The notes under the pieces were generated by a model. It did no database searches. It was not told the DNA's origin and saw only the letters and a program-made list of their open reading frames with translations. Shown here piece after piece: positions 15,001-30,000 of a stretch of 64,000 bases of DNA. The stretch covers positions 360,220,001-360,284,000 of the forward strand of contig OZ024742.1 in the NCBI GenBank assembly GCA_964016885.1. The letters run 5' to 3'. This DNA is from Eledone cirrhosa (taxonomy: Eukaryota). Both the position numbers and the translations under genes were made by a program. Numbering within the stretch: position 1 is the stretch's first letter; each line of letters starts with the position of its first letter.

Positions 15001-18000
15001 ACAGCATGTCTCTTCTATAATACCCCATTCACGTCTATATAGTGGTGACACATCCAGTCACCCATACACAGTATCTCTCTTCTATAACACCCCATCAACG
15101 TCTATATAGTGGCAACACATCCAGTCACCTATACACAGTATCTCTCTTCTATAACACCCCATCAACGTCTATATAGTGGTGAAAAAGCCAGGCACCCATA
15201 CACAGTATCTCTCTTCTATAACACCCCATCAACGTCAATATAGTGGTGACGCATCCAGTCACCCATACACAGTATCTCTCTTCTATAACACCCCATCAAC
15301 GTCTATATACTGATGAAACAGCCAGTCACCCATACACAGTATCTCTCTTCTATAACACACCATCAACGTCTATATAGTGGTGAAACAGCCAGTCACCTGT
15401 ACACAGTATCTCTCTTCTATAACACCCCATTGACGTCTATATAGTGGTGAAACAGCCAGTCACCCATACACAGTATCTCTCTTCTATAACACCACATCAA
15501 CGTCTATATAGTGGTGACGCATCCAGTCACCCATACACAGTATCTCTCTTCTATAACACCCCATCAACGTCTATATAGTGGTGAAGCATCCAGTCACCCA
15601 TAAACATTATCTCTCTTCTATAACACCCAATCAACGACTATATAGTGGTCACACATCCAGTCACCCATACATAGTATCTCTCTTCTATAACACCCCATCA
15701 ACGTCTATATAGTGGTGAAACAGCCAGTCACGCATACACAGTATCTCTCTTCTATAACACCCTATCAACGTCTATATAGTGGTGAAACAGCCAGTCACCC
15801 ATACACAGTATCTCTCTTCCATACTACCTCATCAACGACTATATAGTGGTGATACAGCCACTCACCCATACACAGTATCTCTCTTCTATAACACCCCATC
15901 AACGTCTATATAATGGTGACGCATCCAGTCACCTATACTCAGTATCTCTCTTCTATAACACCCCTTCAACGTCTATATAGTGGTGAAACAGCCAGTCACC
16001 CATTCACAGTATCTCTCTTCTATAACACCCCATCAACGTCTATATAGTGGTGACACATCCAGTCACCTATACACAGTATCATTCTTCTATAACACCCCAT
16101 CAACGTCTATATAGTGGTGAAACATCCAGTCACCCATACACAGTATCTCTCTTCTATAACACCCCATCAACGTCTATATAGTGGTGAAACAGCCAGTCAC
16201 CCAAACACAGTATCTCTCTTCTATAATACCACATCAACGTCTATATAGTGGTGAAACAGCCAGTCACCCATTCACAGTATCTCTGTTCTATAACACCCCA
16301 TCAACATCTATATAGTGGTGAAACAGCCAGTCACCTATACACAGTATCTCTCTTCTATAACACCCCATCAACGTCTATATAGTGGTGAAACAGCCAGTCA
16401 CCCATACACAGTATCTCTCTTCTATAACCACCCATCAACGTCTATATAGTGGTGACGCATCCAGTCACCCATACACAGTATCTCTCTTCTATAACACCCC
16501 ATCAACGTCTATATAGTAGTGAAACAGCCAGTCACACAAACACAGTATCTCTCTTCTATAATACCCCATCAACGTCTATATAGTGGTGAAACAGCCAGTC
16601 ACCCATTCACAGTATCTCTGTTCTATAACACCCCATCAACATCTATATAGTGGTGTCACATCAAGTCACCTATACACAGTATCTCTCTTCTATAACATCC
16701 CATCAACGTCTATATAGTGGTAAAACAGCCAGTCACCCATACACAGTATCTCTCTTCTATAACACACCATCAACGTCTATGTAGTGGTGAAACAACCAGA
16801 TACCCATACACCATATCTCTCTTCTATAATACCCCATCAACGTCTCTATAGTGGTGACACATCCAGTCACCTATACACAGTATCTCTCTTCTATAACACC
16901 CCATTGACGTCTATATAGTGGTGAAACAGCCAGTCACCCATTCACAGTATCTCTGTTCTATAACACCCCATCAACATCTATATAGTGGTGTCACATCAAG
17001 TCACCTATACACAGTATCTCTCTTCTATAACACCCCATCAACGTCTATATAGTGGTGAAAAAGCCAGGCACCCATACACAGTATCTCTCTTCTATAACAC
17101 CCCATCAACGTCTATATAGTGGCAACACATCCAGTCACCTATACACAGTATCTCTCTTTTATAACACCCCATCAACGTCTATATAGTGGTGAAAAAGCCA
17201 GGCACCCATACACAGTATCTCTCTTCTATAACACCCCATCAACGTCTATATAGTGGCAACACATCCAGTCACCTATACACAGTATCTCTCTTCTATAACA
17301 CCCCATCAACGTCTATATAGTGGTGAAAAAGCCAGGTACCCATACACAGTATCTCTCTTCTATTATACCCCATCAACGTCTATATAATGGTGACGCATCC
17401 AGTCACCTATACACAGTATCTCTCTTCTATAACACGCCATCAACGTCTATATACTGATGAAACAGCCAGTCACCCATACACAGTATCTCTCTTCTATTAT
17501 ACCCCATCAACGTCTATATAATGGTGACGCATCCAGTCACCCATACACAGTATCTCTCTTCTATAACACACCATCAACGTCTATATAGTGGTGAAACAGC
17601 CAGTCACCTATACACAGTGTCCCTCTTCTATAATACTCCATCAACGTCTATATAGTGGTGAAACAGCCAGTCACCCATACACAGTATCTCTCTTCTATTA
17701 TACCCCATCAACGTCTATATAATGGTGACGCATCCAGTCACCTATACACAGTATCTCTCTTCTATAACACCCCATCAACGTCTATATATTGGTGAAACAG
17801 CCAGTCACCCATACACAGTATCTCTCTTCTATAACACCACATCAACGTCTATATAGTGGTGACGCATCCAGTCACCCATACACAGTATCTCTCTTCTATA
17901 ACACCCCATCAACGTCTATATAGTGGTGAAGCATCCAGTCACCCATAAACATTATCTCTCTTCTATAACACCCAATCAACGACTATATAGTGGTCACACA

Positions 18001-21000
18001 TCCAGTCACCCATACATAGTATCTCTCTTCTATAACACCCCATCAACGTCTATATAGTGGTGAAACAGCCAGTCACGCATACACAGTATCTCTCTTCTAT
18101 AACACCCTATCAACGTCTATATAGTGGTGAAACAGCCAGTCACCCATACACAGTATCTCTCTTCCATACTACCTCATCAACGACTATATAGTGGTGATAC
18201 AGCCACTCACCCATACACAGTATCTCTCTTCTATAACACCCCATCAACGTCTATATAATGGTGACGCATCCAGTCACCTATACTCAGTATCTCTCTTCTA
18301 TAACACCCCTTCAACGTCTATATAGTGGTGAAACAGCCAGTCACCCATTCACAGTATCTCTCTTCTATAACACCCCATCAACGTCTATATAGTGGTGACA
18401 CATCCAGTCACCTATACACAGTATCATTCTTCTATAACACCCCATCAACGTCTATATAGTGGTGAAACATCCAGTCACCCATACACAGTATCTCTCTTCT
18501 ATAACACCCCATCAACGTCTATATAGTGGTGAAACAGCCAGTCACCCAAACACAGTATCTCTCTTCTATAATACCACATCAACGTCTATATAGTGGTGAA
18601 ACAGCCAGTCACCCATTCACAGTATCTCTGTTCTATAACACCCCATCAACATCTATATAGTGGTGAAACAGCCAGTCACCTATACACAGTATCTCTCTTC
18701 TATAACACCCCATCAACGTCTATATAGTGGTGAAACAGCCAGTCACCCATACACAGTATCTCTCTTCTATAACCACCCATCAACGTCTATATAGTGGTGA
18801 CGCATCCAGTCACCCATACACAGTATCTCTCTTCTATAACACCCCATCAACGTCTATATAGTAGTGAAACAGCCAGTCACACAAACACAGTATCTCTCTT
18901 CTATAATACCCCATCAACGTCTATATAGTGGTGAAACAGCCAGTCACCCATTCACAGTATCTCTGTTCTATAACACCCCATCAACATCTATATAGTGGTG
19001 TCACATCAAGTCACCTATACACAGTATCTCTCTTCTATAACATCCCATCAACGTCTATATAGTGGTAAAACAGCCAGTCACCCATACACAGTATCTCTCT
19101 TCTATAACACACCATCAACGTCTATGTAGTGGTGAAACAACCAGATACCCATACACCATATCTCTCTTCTATAATACCCCATCAACGTCTCTATAGTGGT
19201 GACACATCCAGTCACCTATACACAGTATCTCTCTTCTATAACACCCCATTGACGTCTATATAGTGGTGAAACAGCCAGTCACCCATTCACAGTATCTCTG
19301 TTCTATAACACCCCATCAACATCTATATAGTGGTGTCACATCAAGTCACCTATACACAGTATCTCTCTTCTATAACACCCCATCAACGTCTATATAGTGG
19401 TGAAAAAGCCAGGCACCCATACACAGTATCTCTCTTCTATAACACCCCATCAACGTCTATATAGTGGCAACACATCCAGTCACCTATACACAGTATCTCT
19501 CTTTTATAACACCCCATCAACGTCTATATAGTGGTGAAAAAGCCAGGCACCCATACACAGTATCTCTCTTCTATAACACCCCATCAACGTCTATATAGTG
19601 GCAACACATCCAGTCACCTATACACAGTATCTCTCTTCTATAACACCCCATCAACGTCTATATAGTGGTGAAAAAGCCAGGTACCCATACACAGTATCTC
19701 TCTTCTATTATACCCCATCAACGTCTATATAATGGTGACGCATCCAGTCACCTATACACAGTATCTCTCTTCTATAACACGCCATCAACGTCTATATACT
19801 GATGAAACAGCCAGTCACCCATACACAGTATCTCTCTTCTATTATACCCCATCAACGTCTATATAATGGTGACGCATCCAGTCACCCATACACAGTATCT
19901 CTCTTCTATAACACACCATCAACGTCTATATAGTGGTGAAACAGCCAGTCACCTATACACAGTGTCCCTCTTCTATAATACTCCATCAACGTCTATATAG
20001 TGGTGAAACAGCCAGTCACCCATACACAGTATCTCTCTTCTATTATACCCCATCAACGTCTATATAATGGTGACGCATCCAGTCACCTATACACAGTATC
20101 TCTCTTCTATAACACCCCATCAACGTCTATATATTGGTGAAACAGCCAGTCACCCATACACAGTATCTCTCTTCTATTATACCCCATCAACGTCTATATA
20201 GTGGTGACACATCCAGTCACCTATACACAGTATCTCTCTTCTATAACACCCCATCAACGTCTATATATTGGTGAAACAGCCAGTCACCCATACACAGTAT
20301 CTCTCTTCTATTATACCCCATCAACGTCTATATAATGGTGACGCATCCAGTCACCTATACACAGTATCTCTCTTCTATAACACCCCATCAACGTCTATAT
20401 AGTGGTGAAACAACCAGTCACCCATACACCATATCTCTCTTCTATAATACCCCTTCAAAGTCTATATAGTGGTGACACATCCAGTCACCTATACACAGTA
20501 TCTCTCTTCTATAACACCCCATTGAGGTCTATATAGTGGTGAAAAAGCCAGTCACCCATACACAGTATCTCTCTTCTATAACCCCACATCAACGTCTAAA
20601 TAGTGGTGACGCATCCAGTCACCCATACACAGTATCTCTCTGCTATAACACCCAATCAACGACTATATAGTGGTCACACATCCAGGCACCCATACATAGT
20701 ATCTCTCTTCTATAACACCCCATCAACGTCTATATAGTGGTGAAACAGCCAGTCACGCATACACAGTATCTCTCTTCTATAACACCCCATCAACGTCTAT
20801 ATAGTGGTGAAACAGCCAGTCACCCATACACAGTATCTCTCTTCCATACTACCTCATCAACGACTATATAGTGGTGATAGAGCCACTCACCCATACACAG
20901 TATCTCTCTTCTATAACACCCCATCAACGTCTATATAATGGTGACGCATCCAGTCACCTATACTCAGTATCTCTCTTCTATAACACCCCATCAACGTCTA

Positions 21001-24000
21001 TATAGTGGTGAAACATCCAGTCACCCATACACAGTATCTCTCTTCTATAACACCCCATCAACGTCTATGTAGTGGTGAAACAACCAGATACCCATACACC
21101 ATATCTCTCTTCTATAATACCCCATCAACGTCTATATAGTGGTGACACATCCAGTCACCTATACACAGTATCTCTCTTCTATAACACCCCATTGACGTCT
21201 ATATAGTGGTGAAACAGCCAGTCACCCATTCACAGTATCTCTGTTCTATAACACCCCATCAACATCTATATAGTGGTGTCACATCAAGTCACCTATACAC
21301 AGTATCTCTCTTCTATAACACCCCATCAACGTCTATATAGTGGTGAAACATCCAGTCACCCATACACAGTATCTCTCTTCTATAACACCCCATCAACGTC
21401 TATATAGTGGTGAAACATCCAGTCACCCATACACAGTATCTCTCTTCTATAACACCACATCAACGTCTATATAGTGGTGACACATCCAGTCACCTATACA
21501 CAGCATGTCTCTTCTATAATACCCCATTCACGTCTATATAGTGGTGACACATCCAGTCACCCATACACAGTATCTCTCTTCTATAACACCCCATCAACGT
21601 CTATATAGTGGCAACACATCCAGTCACCTATACACAGTATCTCTCTTCTATAACACCCCATCAACGTCTATATAGTGGTGAAAAAGCCAGGCACCCATAC
21701 ACAGTATCTCTCTTCTATAACACCCCATCATCGTCAATATAGTGGTGACGCATCCAGTCACCCATACACAGTATCTCTCTTCTATAACACCCCATCAACG
21801 TCTATATACTGATGAAACAGCCAGTCACCCATACACAGTATCTCTCTTCTATAACACACCATCAACGTCTATATAGTGGTGAAACAGCCAGTCACCTATA
21901 CACAGTGTCCCTCTTCTATAATACTCCATCAACGGCTATATAGTGGTGAAACAGCCAGTCACCCATACACAGTATCTCTCTTCTATTATACCCCATCAAC
22001 GTCTATATAATGGTGACGCATCCAGTCACCTATACACAGTATCTCTCTTCTATAACACCCCATTGACGTCTATATAGTGGTGAAACAGCCAGTCACCCAT
22101 ACACAGTATCTCTCTTCTATAACACCACATCAACGTCTATATAGTGGTGACGCATCCAGTCACCCATACACAGTATCTCTCTTCTATAACACCCCATCAA
22201 CGTCTATATAGTGGTGAAGCATCCAGTCACCCATAAACATTATCTCTCTTCTATAACACCCAATCAACGACTATATAGTGGTCACACATCCAGTCACCCA
22301 TACATAGTATCTCTCTTCTATAACACCCCATCAACGTCTATATAGTGGTGAAACAGCCAGTCACGCATACACAGTATCTCTCTTCTATAACACCCCATCA
22401 ACGTCTATATAGTGGTGAAACAGCCAGTCACCCATACACAGTATCTCTCTTCCATACTACCTCATCAACGACTATATAGTGGTGATACAGCCACTCACCC
22501 ATACACAGTATCTCTCTTCTATAACACCCCATCAACGTCTATATAATGGTGACGCATCCAGTCACCTATACTCAGTATCTCTCTTCTATAACACCCCATC
22601 AACGTCTATATAGTGGTGAAACAGCCAGTCACCCATTCACTGTATCTCTCTTCTATAACACCCCATCAACGTCTATATAGTGGTGACACATCCAGTCACC
22701 TATACACAGTATCATTCTTCTATAACACCCCATCAACGTCTATATAGTGGTGAAACATCCAGTCACCCATACACAGTATCTCTCTTCTATAACACCCCAT
22801 CAACGTCTATATAGTGGTGAAACAGCCAGTCACCCAAACACAGTATCTCTCTTCTATACTACCACATCAACGTTTATATAGTGGTGAAACAGCCAGTCAC
22901 CCATTCACAGTATCTCTGTTCTATAACACCCCATCAACATCTATATAGTGGTGTCACATCAAGTCACCTATACACAGTATCTCTCTTCTATAACACCCCA
23001 TCAACGTCTATATAGTGGTGAAACAGCCAGTCACCCATACACAGTATCTCTCTTCTATAACACCCCATCAACGTCTATATAGTGGTGAAACAGCCAGTCA
23101 CCTATACACAGTATCTCTCTTCTATAACACCCCATCAACGTCTATATAGTGGTGAAACAGCCAGTCACCCATACACACTATCTCTCTTCTATAACACCCC
23201 ATCAACGTCTATATAGTGGTGAAACAGCCAGTCACCTATACACAGTATCTCTCTTCTATAACACCCCATCAACGTCTATATAGTGGTGACGCATCCAGTC
23301 ACCCATACACAGTATCTCTCTTCTATAACACCCCATCAACGTCTATATACTGATGAAACAGCCAGTCACCCATACACAGTATCTCTCTTCTATAACACAC
23401 CATCAACGTCTATATAGTGGTGAAACAGCCAGTCACCAATACACAGTATCCCTCTTCTATAATACCCCATCAACGTCTATATAGTGGTGAAACAGCCAGT
23501 CACCCATACACAGTATTTCTCTTCTATTATACCCCATCAACGTCTATATAATGGTGACGCATCCAGTCACGTATACACAGTATCTCTCTTCTATAACACC
23601 CCATCAACGTCTATATATTGGTGAAACAGCCAGTCACCCATACACAGTATCTCTCTTCTATTATACCCCATCAACGTCTATATAATGGTGACGCATCCAG
23701 TCACCTATACACAGTATCTCTCTTCTATAACACCCCATCAACGTCTATATAGTGGTGAAACAACCAGTCACCCATACACCATATCTCTCTTCTATAATAC
23801 CGCTTCAACGTCTATATAGTGGTGACACATCCAGTCACCTATACACAGTATCTCTCTTCTATAACACCCCATTGACGTCTATATAGTGGTGAAACAGCCA
23901 GTCACCCATACACAGTATCTCTCTTCTATAACACCCCATCAACGTCTATATAGTGGTGACACATCCAGTCACCTATACACAGCATGTCTCTTCTATAAAA

Positions 24001-27000
24001 CCCCATTCACGTCTATATAGTGGTGACACATCCAGTCACCCATACACAGTATCTCTCTTCTATAACACCCCATCAACGTCTATATAGTGGCAACACATCC
24101 AGTCACCTATACACAGTATCTCTCTTCTATAACACCCCATCAACGTCTATATAGTGGTGAAAAAGCCAGGCACCCATACACAGTATCTCTCTTCTATAAC
24201 ACCCCATCATCGTCAATATAGTGGTGACGCATCCAGTCACCCATACACAGTATCTCTCTTCTATAACACCCCATCAACGTCTATATACTGATGAAACAGC
24301 CAGTCACCCATACACAGTATCTCTCTTCTATAACACACCATCAACGTCTATATAGTGGTGAAACAGCCAGTCACCTATACACAGTGTCCCTCTTCTATAA
24401 TACTCCATCAACGGCTATATAGTGGTGAAACAGCCAGTCACCCATACACAGTATCTCTCTTCTATTATACCCCATCAACGTCTATATAATGGTGACGCAT
24501 CCAGTCACCTATACACAGTATCTCTCTTCTATAACACCCCATTGACGTCTATATAGTGGTGAAACAGCCAGTCACCCATACACAGTATCTCTCTTCTATA
24601 ACACCACATCAACGTCTATATAGTGGTGACGCATCCAGTCACCCATACACAGTATCTCTCTTCTATAACACCCCATCAACGTCTATATAGTGGTGAAGCA
24701 TCCAGTCACCCATAAACATTATCTCTCTTCTATAACACCCAATCAACGACTATATAGTGGTCACACATCCAGTCACCCATACATAGTATCTCTCTTCTAT
24801 AACACCCCATCAACGTCTATATAGTGGTGAAACAGCCAGTCACGCATACACAGTATCTCTCTTCTATAACACCCCATCAACGTCTATATAGTGGTGAAAC
24901 AGCCAGTCACCCATACACAGTATCTCTCTTCCATACTACCTCATCAACGACTATATAGTGGTGATACAGCCACTCACCCATACACAGTATCTCTCTTCTA
25001 TAACACCCCATCAACGTCTATATAATGGTGACGCATCCAGTCACCTATACTCAGTATCTCTCTTCTATAACACCCCATCAACGTCTATATAGTGGTGAAA
25101 CAGCCAGTCACCCATTCACTGTATCTCTCTTCTATAACACCCCATCAACGTCTATATAGTGGTGACACATCCAGTCACCTATACACAGTATCATTCTTCT
25201 ATAACACCCCATCAACGTCTATATAGTGGTGAAACATCCAGTCACCCATACACAGTATCTCTCTTCTATAACACCCCATCAACGTCTATATAGTGGTGAA
25301 ACAGCCAGTCACCCAAACACAGTATCTCTCTTCTATACTACCACATCAACGTTTATATAGTGGTGAAACAGCCAGTCACCCATTCACAGTATCTCTGTTC
25401 TATAACACCCCATCAACATCTATATAGTGGTGTCACATCAAGTCACCTATACACAGTATCTCTCTTCTATAACACCCCATCAACGTCTATATAGTGGTGA
25501 AACAGCCAGTCACCCATACACAGTATCTCTCTTCTATAACACCCCATCAACGTCTATATAGTGGTGAAACAGCCAGTCACCTATACACAGTATCTCTCTT
25601 CTATAACACCCCATCAACGTCTATATAGTGGTGAAACAGCCAGTCACCCATACACACTATCTCTCTTCTATAACACCCCATCAACGTCTATATAGTGGTG
25701 AAACAGCCAGTCACCCATACACAGTATCTCTCTTCTATAACACCCCATCAACGTCTATATAGTGGTGAAACAGCCAGTCACCTATACACAGTATCTCTCT
25801 TCTATAACACCCCATCAACGTCTATATAGTGGTGACGCATCCAGTCACCCATACACAGTATCTCTCTTCTATAACACCCCATCAACGTCTATATACTGAT
25901 GAAACAGCCAGTCACCCATACACAGTATCTCTCTTCTATAACACACCATCAACGTCTATATAGTGGTGAAACAGCCAGTCACCTATACACAGTATCCCTC
26001 TTCTATAATACCCCATCAACGTCTATATAGTGGTGAAACAGCCAGTCACCCATACACAGTATTTCTCTTCTATTATACCCCATCAACGTCTATATAATGG
26101 TGACGCATCCAGTCACGTTTACACAGTATCTCTCTTCTATAACACCCCATCAACGTCTATATATTGGTGAAACAGCCAGTCACCCATACACAGTATCTCT
26201 CTTCTATTATACCCCATCAACGTCTATATAATGGTGACGCATCCAGTCACCTATACACAGTATCTCTCTTCTATAACACCCCATCAACGTCTATATAGTA
26301 GTGAAACAGCCAGTCACCCAAACACAGTATCTCTCTTCTATAATACCACATCAACGTCTATATAGTGGTGAAACAGCCAGTCACCCATTCACAGTATCTC
26401 TGTTCTATAACACCCCATCAACATCTATATAGTGGTGTCACATCAAGTCACCTATACACAGTATCTCTCTTCTATAACATCCCATCAACGTCTATATAGT
26501 GGTAAAACAGCCAGTCACCCATACACAGTATCTCTCTTCTATAACACACCATCAACGTCTATGTAGTGGTGAAACAACCAGATACCCATACACCATATCT
26601 CTCTTCTATAATACCCCATCAACGTCTATATAGTGGTGACACATCCAGTCACCTATACACAGTATCTCTCTTCTATAACACCCCATTGACGTCTATATAG
26701 TGGTGAAACAGCCAGTCACCCATTCACAGTATCTCTGTTCTATAACACCCCATCAACATCTATATAGTGGTGTCACATCAAGTCACCTATACACAGTATC
26801 TCTCTTCTATAACACCCCATCAACGTCTATATAGTGGTGAAACATCCAGTCACCCATACACAGTATCTCTCTTCTATAACACCCCATCAACGTCTATATA
26901 GTGGTGAAACATCCAGTCACCCATACACAGTATCTCTCTTCTATAACGCCACATCAACGTCTATATAGTGGTGACACATCCAGTCACCTATACACAGTAT

Positions 27001-30000
27001 GTCTCTTCTATAATACCCCATTCACGTCTATATAGTGGTGAAACAGCCAGTCACCCATACACAGTATCTCTCTTCTATAACCCCACATCAACGTCTATAT
27101 AATGGTGACGCATCCAGTCACCTATACACAGTATCTCTCTTCTATAACACCCCATCAACGTCTATATAGTGGCAACACATCCAGTCACCTATACACAGTA
27201 TCTCTCTTCTATAACACCCCATCAACGTCTATATAGTGGTGAAAAAGCCAGGCACCCATACACAGTATCTCTCTTCTATAACACCCCATCAACGTCTATA
27301 TACTGATGAAACAGCCAGTCACCCATACACAGTATCTCTCTTCTATAATACTCCATCAACGTCTATATAGTGGTGAAACAGCCAGTCACCCATACACAGT
27401 ATCTCTCTTCTATTATACCCCATCAACGTTTATATAATGGTGACGCATCCAGTCACCTATACACAGTATCTCTCTTCTATAACACCCCATCAACGTCTAT
27501 ATATTGGTGAAACAGCCAGTCACCCATACACAGTATCTCTCTTCTATTATACCCCATCAACGTCTATATAATGGTGACGCATCCAGTCACCTATACACAG
27601 TATCTCTCTTTTATAACACCCCATCAACGTCTATATAGTGGTGAAACAACCAGTCACCCATACACCATATCTCTCTTCTATAATACTCCTTCAACGTCTA
27701 TATAGTGGTGACACATCCAGTCACCTATACACAGTATCTCTCTTCTATAACACCCCATTGACGTCTATATAGTGGTGAAACAGCCAGTCACCCATACACA
27801 GTATCTCTCTTCTATAACCCCACATCAACGTCTAAATAGTGGTGACGCATCCAGTCACCCATACACAGTATCTCTCTGCTATAACACCCAATCAACGACT
27901 ATATAGTGGTCACACATCCAGGCACCCATACATAGTATCTCTCTTCTATAACACCCCATCAACGTCTATATAGTGGTGAAACAGCCAGTCACGCATACAC
28001 AGTATCTCTCTTCTATAACACCCCATCAACGTCTATATAGTGGTGAAACAGCCAGTCACCCATACACAGTATCTCTCTTCCATACTACCTCATCAATGAC
28101 TATATAGTGGTGATAGAGCCACTCACCCATACACAGTATCTCTCTTCTATAACACCCCATCAACGTCTATATAATGGTGACGCATCCAGTCACCTATACT
28201 CAGTATCTCTCTTCTATAACACCCCATCAACGTCTATATAGTGGTGAAACAGCCAGTCACCCATTCACAGTATCTCTCTTCTATAACACCCCATCAACGT
28301 CTATATAGTGGTGACACATCCAGTCACCTATACACAGTATCATTCTTCTATAATACCACATCAACGTCTATATAGTGGTGAAACAGCCAGTCACCCATTC
28401 ACAGTATCTCTGTTCTATAACACCCCATCAACATCTATATAGTGGTGTCACATCAAGTCACCTATACACAGTATCTCTCTTCTATAACATCCCATCAACG
28501 TCTATATAGTGGTGAAACAGCCAGTCACCCATACACAGTATCTCTCTTCTATAACACCCCATCAACGTCTATGTAGTGGTGAAACAACCAGTCACCCATA
28601 CACCATATCTCTCTTCTATAATACCCCATCAACGTCTATATAGTGGTGACACATCCAGTCACCTATACACAGTATCTCTCTTCTATAACGCCCCATTGAC
28701 GTCTATATAGTGGTAAAACAGCCAGTCACCCATTCACAGTATCTCTGTTCTATAACACCCCATCAACATCTATATAGTGGTGTCACATCAAGTCACCTAT
28801 ACACAGTATCTCTCTTCTATAACACCCCATCAACGTCTATATAGTGGTGAAACATCCAGTCACCCATACACAGTATCTCTCTTCTATAACACCCCATCAA
28901 CGTCTATATAGTTGTGAAACATCCAATCACCCATACACAGTATCTCTCTTCTATAACACCACATCAACGTCTATATAGTGGTGACACATCCAGTCACCTA
29001 TACACAGTATGTCTCTTCTATAATACCCCATTCACGTCTATATAGTGGTGACACATCCAGTTACCCATACACAGTATCTCTCTTCTATAACACCCCATCA
29101 ACGTCTATATAGAGGCAACATATCCAGTCACCTATACACAGTATCTCTCTTCTATAACACTCCATCAACGTCTATATAGTGGTGAAACAGCCAGTCACCC
29201 ATACATAGTATCTCTCTTCTATAACACCCCATCAACGTCTATATAGTGGTGAAACAGCCAGTCACCTATACACAGTATCGCTATTCTATAATACCACATC
29301 AACGTCTATATAGTGGTGAAACAGCCAGTCACCCATACACAGTATCTCTCTTCTATAACACCCCATCAACGTATATATAGTGGTGAAACAGCCAGTCCCC
29401 CATACACAGTATCTCTCTTCTATAACACCCCATCAACGTCTATATAGAGGTGAAACATCCAGTCACCTATACACAGTATGTCTCTTCTATAATACCCATC
29501 AACGTCTATATAGTGGTGAAACATCCAGTCACCCATACACAGTATCTCTCTTCTATAACACCGAATCAACGTCTATATAGTGGTGACACATCCAGTCACC
29601 CATACACAGTATCTCTCTTCTATAACACCCCATCAACGTCTATATAATGGTGACGCATCCAGTCACCTATACACAGTATCTCTCTTCTATAACACCCCAT
29701 CAACGTCTATGTAGTGGTGAAACATCCAGTCACCCATACACAGTATCTCTCTTCTATAACACCCCATCAACGTCTATATAGTGGTGACACATCCAGTCAC
29801 CTATACACAGTATGTCTCTTCTATAATACCCCATTCACGTCTATATAGTGGTGACACATCCAGTCACCCATACACAGTATCTCTCTTCTATAACACCCCA
29901 TCAACGTCTATATATTGGCAACACATCCAATCACCTATACACAGTATCTCTCTTCTATAACACCCCATCGACGTCTATATAGTGGTGAAACAGCCAGTCA

